DNA of 44,320 nt, from contig JAOUGW010000001.1 in NCBI GenBank assembly GCA_029865465.1, positions 1 through 44,320 of the forward strand, written 5' to 3'. The stretch comes from Gammaproteobacteria bacterium. Lineage in GTDB: Bacteria; Pseudomonadota; Gammaproteobacteria; Steroidobacterales; Steroidobacteraceae. Numbering within the stretch: the first letter of the stretch is position 1; the number at the start of each line of letters is the position of its first letter. Position numbers and translations under genes: made by a program. Below, piece after piece: positions 9,700 through 19,269 of this stretch. The notes beneath the pieces are model-generated. The model ran no database searches. It was not told where the DNA came from and was given only the letters and a program-made list of their open reading frames with translations.

Positions 9700-10664
9700 C
9701 CAGCAACATCGCCGCCACGAAGTCGGCCGCTGCGGCTGCAAGGGACAAGCCGCTGGTGACCCCGGAGCGGCTCACCCACCTGCAGCGCCTGGAGGCCGAG
9801 AGCATCCAGATCATGCGCGAGGTCGTCGCCGAGTGCGACAAGCCCGTGATGCTGTATTCGATCGGCAAGGACAGCGCCGCGATGCTGCACGTCGCGCTCA
9901 AGGCATTCTATCCGGCCACGCTGCCGTTCCCGCTGCTGCATGTCGACACGCTGTGGAAGTTCAAGGCGATGTACGAGCTGCGCAGCCAGATCACGCAGAA
10001 ATACAACCTGCAGCTGATCGTGCACACGAACCAGGACGGCGTCGCACAGGGCATCAACCCGTTCACGCACGGCTCGACGATCCACACCGACGTGATGAAG
10101 ACACAGGCGCTGAAGCAGGCGCTCGACAAGTACGGCTTCAACGCCGCGTTCGGCGGCGGACGCCGTGACGAGGAGAAGAGCCGCGCCAAGGAACGCGTGT
10201 TCTCGTTCCGCAGCGCGCAGCACCGCTGGGACCCGAAGAACCAGCGCCCCGAGCTCTGGTCGCTCTACAACACGCGCATGCACAATGGCGAGAGCCTGCG
10301 CGTTTTCCCGATGTCGAACTGGACCGAGCTCGACATCTGGCAGTACATCTACCTGCACGACCTGCCGATCGTGCCGCTCTATTTCGCCGCCGAGCGGCCG
10401 GTGGTCGAGCGCAACGGCACCCTGATCATGGTCGACGACGACCGCATGCCGCTGCATCCCGGCGAGAAGCCGCTGATGAAGAAGGTGCGCTTCCGCACGC
10501 TCGGCTGCTATCCGCTGACTGGCGCGATCGAGTCCAGTGCCGACACGCTCACCGCGATCATCCAGGAGATGCTGCTCACGACGACCTCGGAACGGCAGGG
10601 CCGCATGATCGACCACGACCAGTCGGCGTCGATGGAAAAGAAGAAGCAGGAGGGGTACTTCTAA
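9696..10664 (+). CDS. cysD: Sulfate adenylyltransferase subunit 2 (CysD)
   Basis: 322 aa with a PAPS-reductase-like fold and CysD blocks ([21 protein letters not shown]). Its ATG overlaps the yhdH stop (ATGA). Confidence 0.95.
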   Translation: MTSNIAATKSAAAAARDKPLVTPERLTHLQRLEAESIQIMREVVAECDKPVMLYSIGKDSAAMLHVALKAFYPATLPFPLLHVDTLWKFKAMYELRSQITQKYNLQLIVHTNQDGVAQGINPFTHGSTIHTDVMKTQALKQALDKYGFNAAFGGGRRDEEKSRAKERVFSFRSAQHRWDPKNQRPELWSLYNTRMHNGESLRVFPMSNWTELDIWQYIYLHDLPIVPLYFAAERPVVERNGTLIMVDDDRMPLHPGEKPLMKKVRFRTLGCYPLTGAIESSADTLTAIIQEMLLTTTSERQGRMIDHDQSASMEKKKQEGYF

Positions 10665-12574
10665 TGGCACACATCAGCGACCTGATCGCCAGGGACATCC
10701 ACGCCTATCTCCACGCGCACGAGCACAAGAGCCTGCTGCGGTTCATCACCTGCGGCAGCGTCGACGACGGCAAGAGCACGCTGATCGGGCGCCTGCTCTA
10801 CGACTCCAAGATGATCTTCGAGGACCAGCTCGCCGCGCTCGAAGCGGATTCGAAGAAAGTCGGCACGCAGGGCGGCGAACTCGACTTCGCCCTGCTGGTC
10901 GACGGCCTCGCCGCCGAACGCGAGCAGGGCATCACCATCGACGTGGCCTACCGCTTCTTCTCGACCGACAAGCGCAAGTTCATCGTCGCCGACACGCCGG
11001 GGCACGAGCAGTACACGCGCAACATGGTCACCGGCGCCTCCGGCGCCGACCTCGCCGTGATCCTGATCGACGCGCGCAAGGGGGTGCTGACGCAGACCCG
11101 GCGGCACAGCTACCTGGTGTCGCTGATCGGCATCAAGAAGGTCGTGCTTGCGATCAACAAGATGGACCTGGTCGGGTACAGCGAGTCCGTCTGCAACAAG
11201 ATCGTCGACGACTACACGGCCTTCGCCAGGCAGATCGGCATCGAGGAGTTCGTCGCGATCCCGGTGTCGGGCCTGCGCGGCGACAACATCAAGGACCCGA
11301 GCGCGCACATGGACTGGTACCACGGGCCGACGCTCATGGGTTACCTGGAAACCGTCGAGATCGAGGACGTCGCACAGCATCGTCCGCTACGCATGCCGGT
11401 GCAGTGGGTCAACCGCCCGAACCTCGACTTCCGCGGCTTCGCCGGCACCATCGCGAGCGGCATGGTGCGGCAAGGAGACAAGGTTCGCGTCCTGCCCTCG
11501 GGCCGCGAGAGCACCGTCACGCGCATCGTGACGATGGACGGCGATCTCGACCACGCGATCGCCGGCCAGGCGATCACCCTGACGCTCGCCGACGAGATCG
11601 ACATCAGTCGCGGCGACGTCATCGCCCGGCCGGACGACCTGCCAGGCGTCGCCGATCAATTCGAGGCGGTGGTCGTGTGGATGTCCGACGAACCGATGCT
11701 GCCCGGGCGCCCGTACTGGCTGAAGATCGGCACCAAGCAGGTCGCCGCGACGATCACGGAGCCGAAGTACAAGGTGAACGTCAACACGCTCGAGCACCTC
11801 GCGGCGAAGAAGCTCGAGTTGAACGAGATCGGCGTCTGCAACGTGTCGCTCGACCAGCCGATTGCCTTCGACCCGTACCAGCAGTGCCACGAGACCGGCT
11901 CGTTCATCCTGATCGACCGTCTCTCCAATGCCACGGTCGGCGCGGGGATGATCCACTTTGCCCTGCGGCGTTCGCAGAACATCCACTGGCAGGCGCTCGA
12001 CGTGAACCGGAAGTCACGCGCGGCGCTCAAGGGCCAGCAGCCCGCGGTGCTGTGGCTGACCGGCCTGTCGGGCGCCGGCAAGTCGACGATCGCCAACATG
12101 GTCGAGAAGCGTCTGCTGGCCCTCGGCAAGCACACCTACCTGCTGGACGGCGACAACGTGCGCCACGGGTTGAACCGTGATCTCGGTTTCACCGATGCCG
12201 ACCGCGTCGAGAACATCCGGCGCGTCGCCGAAGTCAGCAAGCTGATGGCCGACGCCGGCCTGATCGTGCTGGTGTCGTTCATCTCGCCGTTCCGGGCCGA
12301 GCGCCGCATGGCGCGGGCGCTGTTCCAGGCGGGCGAATTCCACGAGGTTCACGTCGATACCCCGCTCGCGGTCGCGGAGACACGCGACGTGAAGGGCCTG
12401 TACAAGAAGGCCCGCCGCGGCGAGCTCAAGAACTTCACCGGCATCGATTCGCCGTACGAAGCGCCCGAGAACCCGGAGATCTACATCGACACGACGAAGC
12501 ACACGTCCGAGCAATCGGCCGAGGCGATCGTCGAGTATCTGCAGCAGGCGGGGGTGCTCAGTCCGGCCCAGTAA
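10664..12574 (+). CDS. cysNC: Bifunctional sulfate adenylyltransferase subunit 1 / adenylylsulfate kinase (CysN-CysC fusion)
   Basis: 636 aa. GTPase motifs GSVDDGKST and DTPGH, then a C-terminal APS-kinase P-loop ([13 protein letters not shown]). The start overlaps the cysD stop (TAATG). Confidence 0.95.
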   Translation: MAHISDLIARDIHAYLHAHEHKSLLRFITCGSVDDGKSTLIGRLLYDSKMIFEDQLAALEADSKKVGTQGGELDFALLVDGLAAEREQGITIDVAYRFFSTDKRKFIVADTPGHEQYTRNMVTGASGADLAVILIDARKGVLTQTRRHSYLVSLIGIKKVVLAINKMDLVGYSESVCNKIVDDYTAFARQIGIEEFVAIPVSGLRGDNIKDPSAHMDWYHGPTLMGYLETVEIEDVAQHRPLRMPVQWVNRPNLDFRGFAGTIASGMVRQGDKVRVLPSGRESTVTRIVTMDGDLDHAIAGQAITLTLADEIDISRGDVIARPDDLPGVADQFEAVVVWMSDEPMLPGRPYWLKIGTKQVAATITEPKYKVNVNTLEHLAAKKLELNEIGVCNVSLDQPIAFDPYQQCHETGSFILIDRLSNATVGAGMIHFALRRSQNIHWQALDVNRKSRAALKGQQPAVLWLTGLSGAGKSTIANMVEKRLLALGKHTYLLDGDNVRHGLNRDLGFTDADRVENIRRVAEVSKLMADAGLIVLVSFISPFRAERRMARALFQAGEFHEVHVDTPLAVAETRDVKGLYKKARRGELKNFTGIDSPYEAPENPEIYIDTTKHTSEQSAEAIVEYLQQAGVLSPAQ

Positions 12575-12652
12575 GCGAACCACGTTGCAGGCGACCGATC
12601 CGGTACCATTTCCTGGGCTTGGAAGGGCGGGCACGCGTTGACGTCACAAGTG

Positions 12653-12720
12653 GTTGCTCCGGAGTCTTTCCCCGAGCTTGGAAAGGCAGACACGCGCTCG
12701 GGGAAAGACTCCGGAGCAAC
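12653..12720. repeat. Perfect 25-bp-stem hairpin (unit B), loop TTGGAAAGGCAGACACGC
   Basis: GTTGCTCCGGAGTCTTTCCCCGAGC (12653-12677) is the exact reverse complement of 12696-12720. Confidence 0.95.
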
Positions 12721-12907
12721 CGCTTGCGAGACTGCGCCTGCGCAACTTCCACTCAGGCGGAAAAGAGCGCACGGCAGGTGCAACGTCGATTTCGCACCCT
12801 CACCCCAACCCCCGCCCCCAAAGCGGGAGATCGGCTGCAGGCCGGGTGAGGGTCCGGGCGTCCGACCCGACATTTCCTGTCACGATTGCAAAGGCTGAAA
12901 CTCGATA

Positions 12908-12995
12908 GTTGCAGGCGGCCGATCCGGCAGCTTGCCCCGAGCGCGTGTCTGCCTTTCCAAGCTCGGGGCAAGCTGCCGGATCGGCCGCCTGCAAC
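12908..12995. repeat. Perfect 35-bp-stem hairpin (unit C); its loop is the exact reverse complement of the unit B loop
   Basis: GTTGCAGGCGGCCGATCCGGCAGCTTGCCCCGAGC (12908-12942) is the exact reverse complement of 12961-12995. The loop is GCGTGTCTGCCTTTCCAA. Confidence 0.95.
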
Positions 12996-13055
12996 CCGCA
13001 CGTGCCTGCCTTTCCAAGCTCGGGGAAAGGCACGGCATCGGCCGCCTGGGAGACA

Positions 13056-14468
13056 TCACTCGATCGCGAACGGCACGATGCGCCGTTCGTTCGTCCGCAC
13101 GGTCAGTTTGCGACCGAGCGGCGGGAACGCGCGCTGGTGGCAATCCGGGCGCTCGCAGATGCGGCAACTGACGCCAACGGGCACGGCCGCGCCGTCGAGA
13201 CTGAGCCCCTCCGAGTAGACCACCTTGTCGGCATGGGCCACTTCACAACCGATGCCGATGGCGTACTGGCGATTGGGCCGCAGGAAGTTGCCGGAGCGCT
13301 TGACGATGCTGCGCCCGACGCACAGGTAGCGCACGCCGTCCGGCATCTCGGCGACCTGCACCAGGATGCGGCCGGGGTGACCGAACGCCTCGTGCACGTT
13401 CCAGAGCGGGCAGGCACCGCCGAAACGCGCGAACTGAAAGCGCGTCGAGCTGTGCCGCTTGGTGATGTTGCCGGCCTGGTCCACGCGCACGAAATAGAAC
13501 GGCACGCCGCGCGCGCCCGGCCGTTGCAGCGTGCTCAGGCGGTGCGACACCTGCTCGAAGCTCGCGTTGTAGCGGTGCTGCAGCTGCTCGATATCATGCC
13601 GCAGCTCCATGGCCGACGCCGCGAAACGCCGGTACGGCATCACGAGCGCACCGGCCGCGTAATTCAGGAGACCGATGCGGGCAATGTCGCGCGCGGTCGC
13701 CGACTCGAGCCCGGCCGTGGCCAGCACGTCATTGCAGAGGCCGCCAAAAAGCAGGTCGGCCAGCTGCGTCGCGAGCTGAAATGCGCGCGTCGGTTCTGCC
13801 AGGTCGCGGTCCAGCGTCAGTACCTTCGTGGCGGGGTCGTAATGACGGATCATTCCAGCATCCGCCTGGGCCCGCACGACGCGGATACCGAACCGTTCCG
13901 TGAGCGCGCGCTCGAGCGTGGCTACGGCACTGCCATCGCCATCGATGCCGATGTCGGCCGCCAGCGCTTCGGCCGCGACGTCCAGTTCGTCGACGTAGTT
14001 GTCGCGATAATGGAAGAAATCACGAACCTCCTGGTACGGCACCAGCGAGTCGGGCGCGTCCTCGGTCCGCATCCGCACCGTCTCGTCGAAACGCAGGATC
14101 CGTTCGTCGAGCGCGCGGTAGGCCCGGTGCAGGGCGAGGTACTGACGAGCCAGGGTCGGGGTGGTCGCCGCCGCCATCTTGAGCTCGGAGAGCGCCGGCG
14201 ACGGCAACCCCAGGCCGAGGTCGGCGCTCGCCTCGCGCAGGTCGGCGATCAACCGGGTTTCCTCGTCGCTGTCGAACTCCCCCGGACCGACGGCGAAGAT
14301 CCGCGAGAGTGCGATCAGGACCCTGGCAGTGACCGGCCGCTGGTTCGTCTCGATCTGGGACAGGTAGCTGGTCGACAGACCCAGCAGCTTGGCACACGCG
14401 TCAAGGGTCAGGCTCTGGCGTTCCCGGAGGGCCCGGACCTTCGGGCCGACAAAAAGCTTGTCACGCAT
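13056..14468 (-). CDS. XRE-family HTH regulator with ImmA/IrrE-like peptidase and DUF2083 Cys-rich C-terminal domains (short-chain fatty acyl-CoA / PrpR-type regulator)
   Basis: HTH block [29 protein letters not shown]-terminal cysteines ([10 protein letters not shown]..., [16 protein letters not shown]). Divergent from prpB. I chose ATG 14468 ([10 protein letters not shown]...) over the longer 14600 start. Confidence 0.8.
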   Translation of the reverse strand: MRDKLFVGPKVRALRERQSLTLDACAKLLGLSTSYLSQIETNQRPVTARVLIALSRIFAVGPGEFDSDEETRLIADLREASADLGLGLPSPALSELKMAAATTPTLARQYLALHRAYRALDERILRFDETVRMRTEDAPDSLVPYQEVRDFFHYRDNYVDELDVAAEALAADIGIDGDGSAVATLERALTERFGIRVVRAQADAGMIRHYDPATKVLTLDRDLAEPTRAFQLATQLADLLFGGLCNDVLATAGLESATARDIARIGLLNYAAGALVMPYRRFAASAMELRHDIEQLQHRYNASFEQVSHRLSTLQRPGARGVPFYFVRVDQAGNITKRHSSTRFQFARFGGACPLWNVHEAFGHPGRILVQVAEMPDGVRYLCVGRSIVKRSGNFLRPNRQYAIGIGCEVAHADKVVYSEGLSLDGAAVPVGVSCRICERPDCHQRAFPPLGRKLTVRTNERRIVPFAIE

Positions 14469-14531
14469 TTGCAGTTTTGCAATTTCGCAGGATTTCGCAA
14501 GTTTATACGCCCTTTTTTGCAGGCCTTGCAA
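14469..14531. promoter_or_regulatory. Putative operator array in the regulator/prpB divergent promoter region
   Basis: TTGCA-N4-TGCAA palindrome at 14469-14482, direct repeat ATTTCGCA(G/A)G x2 at 14482-14501, and TTGCA-N5-TGCAA palindrome at 14517-14531. Confidence 0.5.
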
Positions 14532-14593
14532 TGGCGAGATGGAGCAAACTAGCGGTCCAATCGCCTGTGCACCCGTCGGAGTACCCGCACCCC

Positions 14594-15496
14594 ATGCCAA
14601 CGGCCAAGAGTCCCGTATCCGCCGGCGCGAGGTTTCGCGCAGCCCTCGCCGCAGAAAAACCGCTTCAGGTCGCCGGCGCCGTCAACGCCTACTCGGCCCT
14701 GCTCGCCGAGCGGGCCGGGTTCCAGGCGATCTACCTCTCGGGGGCCGGCGTGGCCAACGCCTCGTTCGGCTTGCCGGACCTCGGCATCACCAGCCTGAAC
14801 GACGTCTGCGAAGACGTCCGTCGCATCACTTCCGCGACCGACGTGCCGCTGCTGGTCGATGCGGACACCGGGTGGGGCGCCGCATTCAACATCTCGCGCA
14901 CGATCTCGGACCTCATCAGGTCCGGCGCCGGCGCCTGCCACCTCGAAGACCAGGTGCAGGCGAAGCGCTGCGGCCACCGCCCGGGCAAGGCGCTCGTCTC
15001 GGCCGACGAGATGGTCGACCGCATCAGGGCGGCCGTCGACGGCCGCACCGACGACCAGTTCGTGATCATGGCGCGCACCGACGCGCACGCCGTCGAAGGC
15101 CAGCAGGCCGCGATCGATCGCGCCTTGAAATACGTCGAGGCCGGCGCGGACATGATCTTCGCCGAGGCGCTCACCACGCTCGACGAATACCGCCAGTTCA
15201 CCTCGGCCGTGAAGGTGCCGGTGCTGGCCAACATCACCGAATTCGGCAAGACGCCACTCTTCACCGTGCAGGAACTCGCGGGCGCCGGCGCGCAACTGGT
15301 GCTGTATCCGCTGTCCGCATTTCGCGCAATGTCGAAGGCCGCCGAGATCGTCTACGGTGCATTGCGCCGGGAAGGCACGCAGAAAAGCGTGCTCGACCGC
15401 ATGCAGACCCGCGTCGAACTGTACGAAGTGCTCGGCTACCACGAGTACGAGCAGAAGCTCGACGAGCTCTTCGTGCGCGAAGGCGCCGTCAAATAG
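14594..15496 (+). CDS. prpB: Methylisocitrate lyase PrpB
   Basis: PEP-mutase/isocitrate-lyase superfamily blocks ([20 protein letters not shown]). I chose start ATG 14594. Confidence 0.93.
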   Translation: MPTAKSPVSAGARFRAALAAEKPLQVAGAVNAYSALLAERAGFQAIYLSGAGVANASFGLPDLGITSLNDVCEDVRRITSATDVPLLVDADTGWGAAFNISRTISDLIRSGAGACHLEDQVQAKRCGHRPGKALVSADEMVDRIRAAVDGRTDDQFVIMARTDAHAVEGQQAAIDRALKYVEAGADMIFAEALTTLDEYRQFTSAVKVPVLANITEFGKTPLFTVQELAGAGAQLVLYPLSAFRAMSKAAEIVYGALRREGTQKSVLDRMQTRVELYEVLGYHEYEQKLDELFVREGAVK

Positions 15497-15516
15497 TCCA
15501 GCACGAGAACACAGCC

Positions 15517-16677
15517 ATGAGCAGCAACGAGATTTCTCCCGCCGGTTTCAAACCGAAAAAGTCCGTCGCCCTGTCGGGCGTCACCGCGGGCAACACGGCG
15601 CTCTGCACCGTGGGCCGCAGCGGCAACGACCTGCACTACCGCGGCTACGACATCCTCGATCTCGCGGACAAGTGCGAGTTCGAAGAGGTCGCGCACCTGC
15701 TGGTGCACGGCAAGCTGCCGAACGCGGCAGAGCTCAGGGGCTACAAGGCCAAGCTGATGCGGCTGCGCGGGCTGCCGGAACCGGTGCAGATGGCGCTGCA
15801 GGCCTTGCCTGCCGCAAGCCACCCGATGGACGTGCTGCGCACCGGCACGTCCGTGCTCGGCTGCACGCTGCCGGAGAAGGACGACCACAACTCCGCGGGC
15901 GCGCGCGACATCGCCGACCGGCTGCTCGCGAGCCTGGGTTCGATGCTCTGCTACTGGTACCACTACAGCCACTCGGGCCGCATCATCGAGGTCGAAACCG
16001 ACGACGACTCGATCGGCGGGCACTTCCTGCACCTGCTGCATGGCCAGCCAGCGCCAGCCGCGTGGGTGAAGGCGATGCACGTCTCGCTGAACCTGTACGC
16101 CGAGCACGAGTTCAATGCATCGACCTTCACCGGCCGCGTGATCGCGGGCACCGGCTCCGACCTCTACTCGTGCATCACCGGAGCGATCGGCGCGCTGCGC
16201 GGCCCGAAGCACGGCGGCGCCAACGAAGTCGCCTTCGAAGTGCAGAAGCGCTACGAGACGCCGGACGAGGCCGAGGCGGACATCAAGGCCCGCGTCGAGC
16301 GCAAGGAAGTCATCATCGGCTTCGGGCATCCGGTCTATACGATCAGCGATCCGCGCAACGAGGTGATCAAGGAGGTTGCGAGGCGGCTGTCCGCAGAGGC
16401 CGGCGACATGAAGATGTACGCCATCGCTGCGCGCCTCGAAGCCGTCATGTGGGACATCAAGAAGATGTTCCCGAACCTCGACTGGTTCAGCGCGGTCTCG
16501 TACCACATGATGGGCGTGCCGACAGCCATGTTCACGCCGCTGTTCGTGATCTCACGCACGGCAGGCTGGAGCGCGCACGTGATCGAGCAGCGCATCGACG
16601 GCAAGATCATCCGGCCGAGCGCGAACTACACCGGGCCCGAGGATCGCGCGTTCGTACCACTCACTGAAAGGGTTTAG
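15517..16677 (+). CDS. prpC: 2-methylcitrate synthase PrpC
   Basis: Citrate-synthase family ([16 protein letters not shown]). The true start is [10 protein letters not shown] at 15517. The ORF-track entry 14389..16677 is an artefactual 5' extension. Confidence 0.93.
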   Translation: MSSNEISPAGFKPKKSVALSGVTAGNTALCTVGRSGNDLHYRGYDILDLADKCEFEEVAHLLVHGKLPNAAELRGYKAKLMRLRGLPEPVQMALQALPAASHPMDVLRTGTSVLGCTLPEKDDHNSAGARDIADRLLASLGSMLCYWYHYSHSGRIIEVETDDDSIGGHFLHLLHGQPAPAAWVKAMHVSLNLYAEHEFNASTFTGRVIAGTGSDLYSCITGAIGALRGPKHGGANEVAFEVQKRYETPDEAEADIKARVERKEVIIGFGHPVYTISDPRNEVIKEVARRLSAEAGDMKMYAIAARLEAVMWDIKKMFPNLDWFSAVSYHMMGVPTAMFTPLFVISRTAGWSAHVIEQRIDGKIIRPSANYTGPEDRAFVPLTERV

Positions 16678-16680
16678 GGG

Positions 16681-19269
16681 ATGGGGACGGGCTATCGCAA
16701 GCGACTCCCCGGCACCTCGCTCGACTATTTCGACGCGCGCGCCGCCGTCGACGCGATCGAGCCGGGCGCGTACGACCGGCTGCCGTACACGGCGCGCGTG
16801 CATGCCGAGAACCTCGTGCGTCGCTGCGATCCGGGGATTCTCGAGGCGTCCCTGCGGCAGCTGATCGAGCGCAAGCGCGAGCTGGACTTCCCGTGGTTTC
16901 CGGCGCGCGTGGTCTGCCACGACATCCTCGGCCAGACGGCGCTCGTCGACCTCGCGGGGCTGCGGGATGCGATTGCCGAGCAGGGCGGCGATCCGGCGCA
17001 GGTCAATCCGGTCGTGCCGGTGCAGCTCGTCGTCGACCATTCGCTCGCCGTCGAGTGCGGCGGATTCGATCCCGATGCGTTCGAGAAGAACCGGGCGATC
17101 GAAGACCGGCGCAACGAGGATCGCTTTCACTTCATCGAATGGACCAGGCGCGCGTTCAAGAACGTCGACGTGATTCCACCGGGCAACGGCATCATGCACC
17201 AGATCAACCTGGAGCGGATGTCGCCGGTGATTCACGCGCAGGGCGGCGTCGCGTTTCCGGACACGCTGGTCGGCACCGACAGCCACACGCCGCACGTCGA
17301 TGCGCTCGGAGTGATTGCCGTCGGTGTCGGCGGCCTCGAAGCCGAAAGCGTGATGCTGGGTCGCGCCTCGTGGATGCGACTGCCCGACATCATCGGCGTG
17401 CAGCTCGCCGGCAAGCCGCAACCCGGCATCACCGCCACGGATATCGTGCTGGCACTGACCGAGTTCCTGCGCCAGCAGAAGGTGGTCGGCGCGTACCTCG
17501 AGTTCCGCGGCGAAGGCGCTTCGGCGCTGACGCTGGGCGACCGTGCGACCGTCTCGAACATGGCGCCGGAGTACGGCGCGACGGCGGCGATGTTCTTCAT
17601 CGACGAGCAGACAATTTCGTACCTGAAGCTCACCGGACGCGAAGACGCGCAGGTGAAGCTGGTCGAAACCTATGCGAAGCACACCGGGCTGTGGGCCGAC
17701 AGCCTGCGGACCGCCGTGTACGAGCGCGTGCTGCAGTTCGACCTGTCGAGCGTCGTGCGCAACATGGCGGGTCCGTCCAATCCGCATGCGCGCGTCGCGA
17801 CGAGCGATCTCGCCGCCAAGGGCATCGCGGGGGCCTGGCAGGAGGAGCCAGGCAAGATGCCCGACGGCGCCGTGATCATCGCGGCGATCACCAGCTGCAC
17901 CAATACCAGCAATCCGCGCAACGTGATTGCGGCCGGACTCCTGGCGCGCAACGCGAACCGGCTGGGCCTGCAGCGGAAGCCCTGGGTGAAGAGCTCGCTC
18001 GCGCCCGGTTCCAAGGCCGTCGCGCTGTACCTCGACGAAGCGAAGCTGACCACGGAACTCGAGCAACTCGGGTTTGGCGTCGTCGCATTCGCGTGCACCA
18101 CCTGCAACGGCATGTCGGGAGCGCTCGATCCCGGGATCCAGCAGGAGATCATCGAGCGCGACCTGTATGCGACCGCCGTGCTCTCGGGCAACCGCAACTT
18201 CGATGGCCGCATCCACCCCTACGCGAAGCAGGCGTTCCTCGCTTCGCCGGCGCTCGTGGTGGCCTACGCCATCGCGGGCACGATCCGCTTCGACATCGAG
18301 AAGGACGCGTTCGGCACCGATGCAGCCGGCAAGCCCATCCTGCTCAAGGACCTGTGGCCGTCCGACGCGGAGATCGACGCCGTCGTTGCGTCGAGCGTAA
18401 AGCCCGAGCAGTTCCGCAAGGTGTACGAGCCGATGTTCAAGATCGGCGTCGAGTCCGGCCCGAAGGTGAGCCCGCTGTACGCCTGGCGTCCGCAGAGCAC
18501 GTACATCCGTCGGCCGCCGTACTGGGAAGGCGCGCTGGCCGGTGAGCGCGCGCTGCAAGGCATGCGGCCGCTGGCAGTGCTCGGCGACAACATCACGACC
18601 GACCACCTCTCGCCTTCCAACGCGATCATGCTGGGCAGCGCGGCCGGCGAGTACCTCGCAAAGATGGGATTGCCGGAAGAGGACTTCAATTCCTACGCGA
18701 CCCACCGCGGCGATCACCTGACGGCGCAGCGCGCCACCTTCGCCAATCCCACGCTCAGGAACGAGATGGCGGTCGTCGACGGCAAGGTGAAGCAGGGGTC
18801 GCTGGCTCGCATCGAGCCCGAAGGCAAGGTCACGCGGATGTGGGAAGCCATCGAGACCTACATGGCGCGCAAGCAGCCGCTGATCATCATCGCCGGTGCG
18901 GACTACGGCCAGGGCTCGTCGCGTGACTGGGCCGCCAAGGGCGTGCGGCTCGCGGGCGTGGAGGCGATTGCAGCGGAAGGCTTCGAGCGCATCCACCGCA
19001 CCAACCTGGTCGGCATGGGCGTGCTGCCGCTCGAGTTCAAGCCGGGCGCGAACCGCAGGACACTGGGCATCGACGGGACGGAAACCTACGACGTCGTCGG
19101 CGAGCGCAAGCCGCGCGCCGACCTCACGCTCGTCATCCATCGCAGGAATGGCGAGCGAGTCGAAGTGCCGGTGACGTGCCGGCTCGACACGGCTGAAGAG
19201 GCCTCGATCTACGAAGCGGGCGGTGTGCTGCAGCGCTTCGCCCGCGATTTCCTCGAGTCGACCAGGTGA
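16681..19269 (+). CDS. acnD: Fe/S-dependent 2-methylisocitrate dehydratase AcnD (aconitase family)
   Basis: 862 aa. Aconitase cluster-ligand regions (ITSCTNTSNP, CTTCNGMSG). Lies between prpC and prpF. Confidence 0.93.
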   Translation: MGTGYRKRLPGTSLDYFDARAAVDAIEPGAYDRLPYTARVHAENLVRRCDPGILEASLRQLIERKRELDFPWFPARVVCHDILGQTALVDLAGLRDAIAEQGGDPAQVNPVVPVQLVVDHSLAVECGGFDPDAFEKNRAIEDRRNEDRFHFIEWTRRAFKNVDVIPPGNGIMHQINLERMSPVIHAQGGVAFPDTLVGTDSHTPHVDALGVIAVGVGGLEAESVMLGRASWMRLPDIIGVQLAGKPQPGITATDIVLALTEFLRQQKVVGAYLEFRGEGASALTLGDRATVSNMAPEYGATAAMFFIDEQTISYLKLTGREDAQVKLVETYAKHTGLWADSLRTAVYERVLQFDLSSVVRNMAGPSNPHARVATSDLAAKGIAGAWQEEPGKMPDGAVIIAAITSCTNTSNPRNVIAAGLLARNANRLGLQRKPWVKSSLAPGSKAVALYLDEAKLTTELEQLGFGVVAFACTTCNGMSGALDPGIQQEIIERDLYATAVLSGNRNFDGRIHPYAKQAFLASPALVVAYAIAGTIRFDIEKDAFGTDAAGKPILLKDLWPSDAEIDAVVASSVKPEQFRKVYEPMFKIGVESGPKVSPLYAWRPQSTYIRRPPYWEGALAGERALQGMRPLAVLGDNITTDHLSPSNAIMLGSAAGEYLAKMGLPEEDFNSYATHRGDHLTAQRATFANPTLRNEMAVVDGKVKQGSLARIEPEGKVTRMWEAIETYMARKQPLIIIAGADYGQGSSRDWAAKGVRLAGVEAIAAEGFERIHRTNLVGMGVLPLEFKPGANRRTLGIDGTETYDVVGERKPRADLTLVIHRRNGERVEVPVTCRLDTAEEASIYEAGGVLQRFARDFLESTR

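Larger units (their letters stand above)
12584..13050. repeat. Cluster of four related palindromic units (A half, B full, C full inverted, D half inverted) filling the convergent intergenic gap
   Basis: Read directly from the sequence; see the two hairpin features and the finding. The shared core is CCCCGAGC-TTGGAAAGGCAGACACGC-GCTCGGGG. Confidence 0.85.

Noticed and set aside
12584-13050. Possible CRISPR array or integron attC sites, because of repeated about 35-nt palindromic units beginning GTTGC and ending GCAAC.
   Set aside because: The units are inverted rather than regularly spaced direct repeats, and there are no unique spacers of constant length. No cas or intI gene is present and no cassette ORF lies between the units. 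The GTT/AAC ends are in the opposite arrangement to attC R''/R' cores.
14389-15516. 376-codon N-terminal extension of prpC in ORF-track entry 14389..16677, plus the upstream extensions of prpB (14477) and the regulator (to 14600).
   Set aside because: The extension overlaps prpB in another frame and translates to Arg/Pro/Gly-rich nonsense. Citrate-synthase homology begins only at [10 protein letters not shown] (15517).
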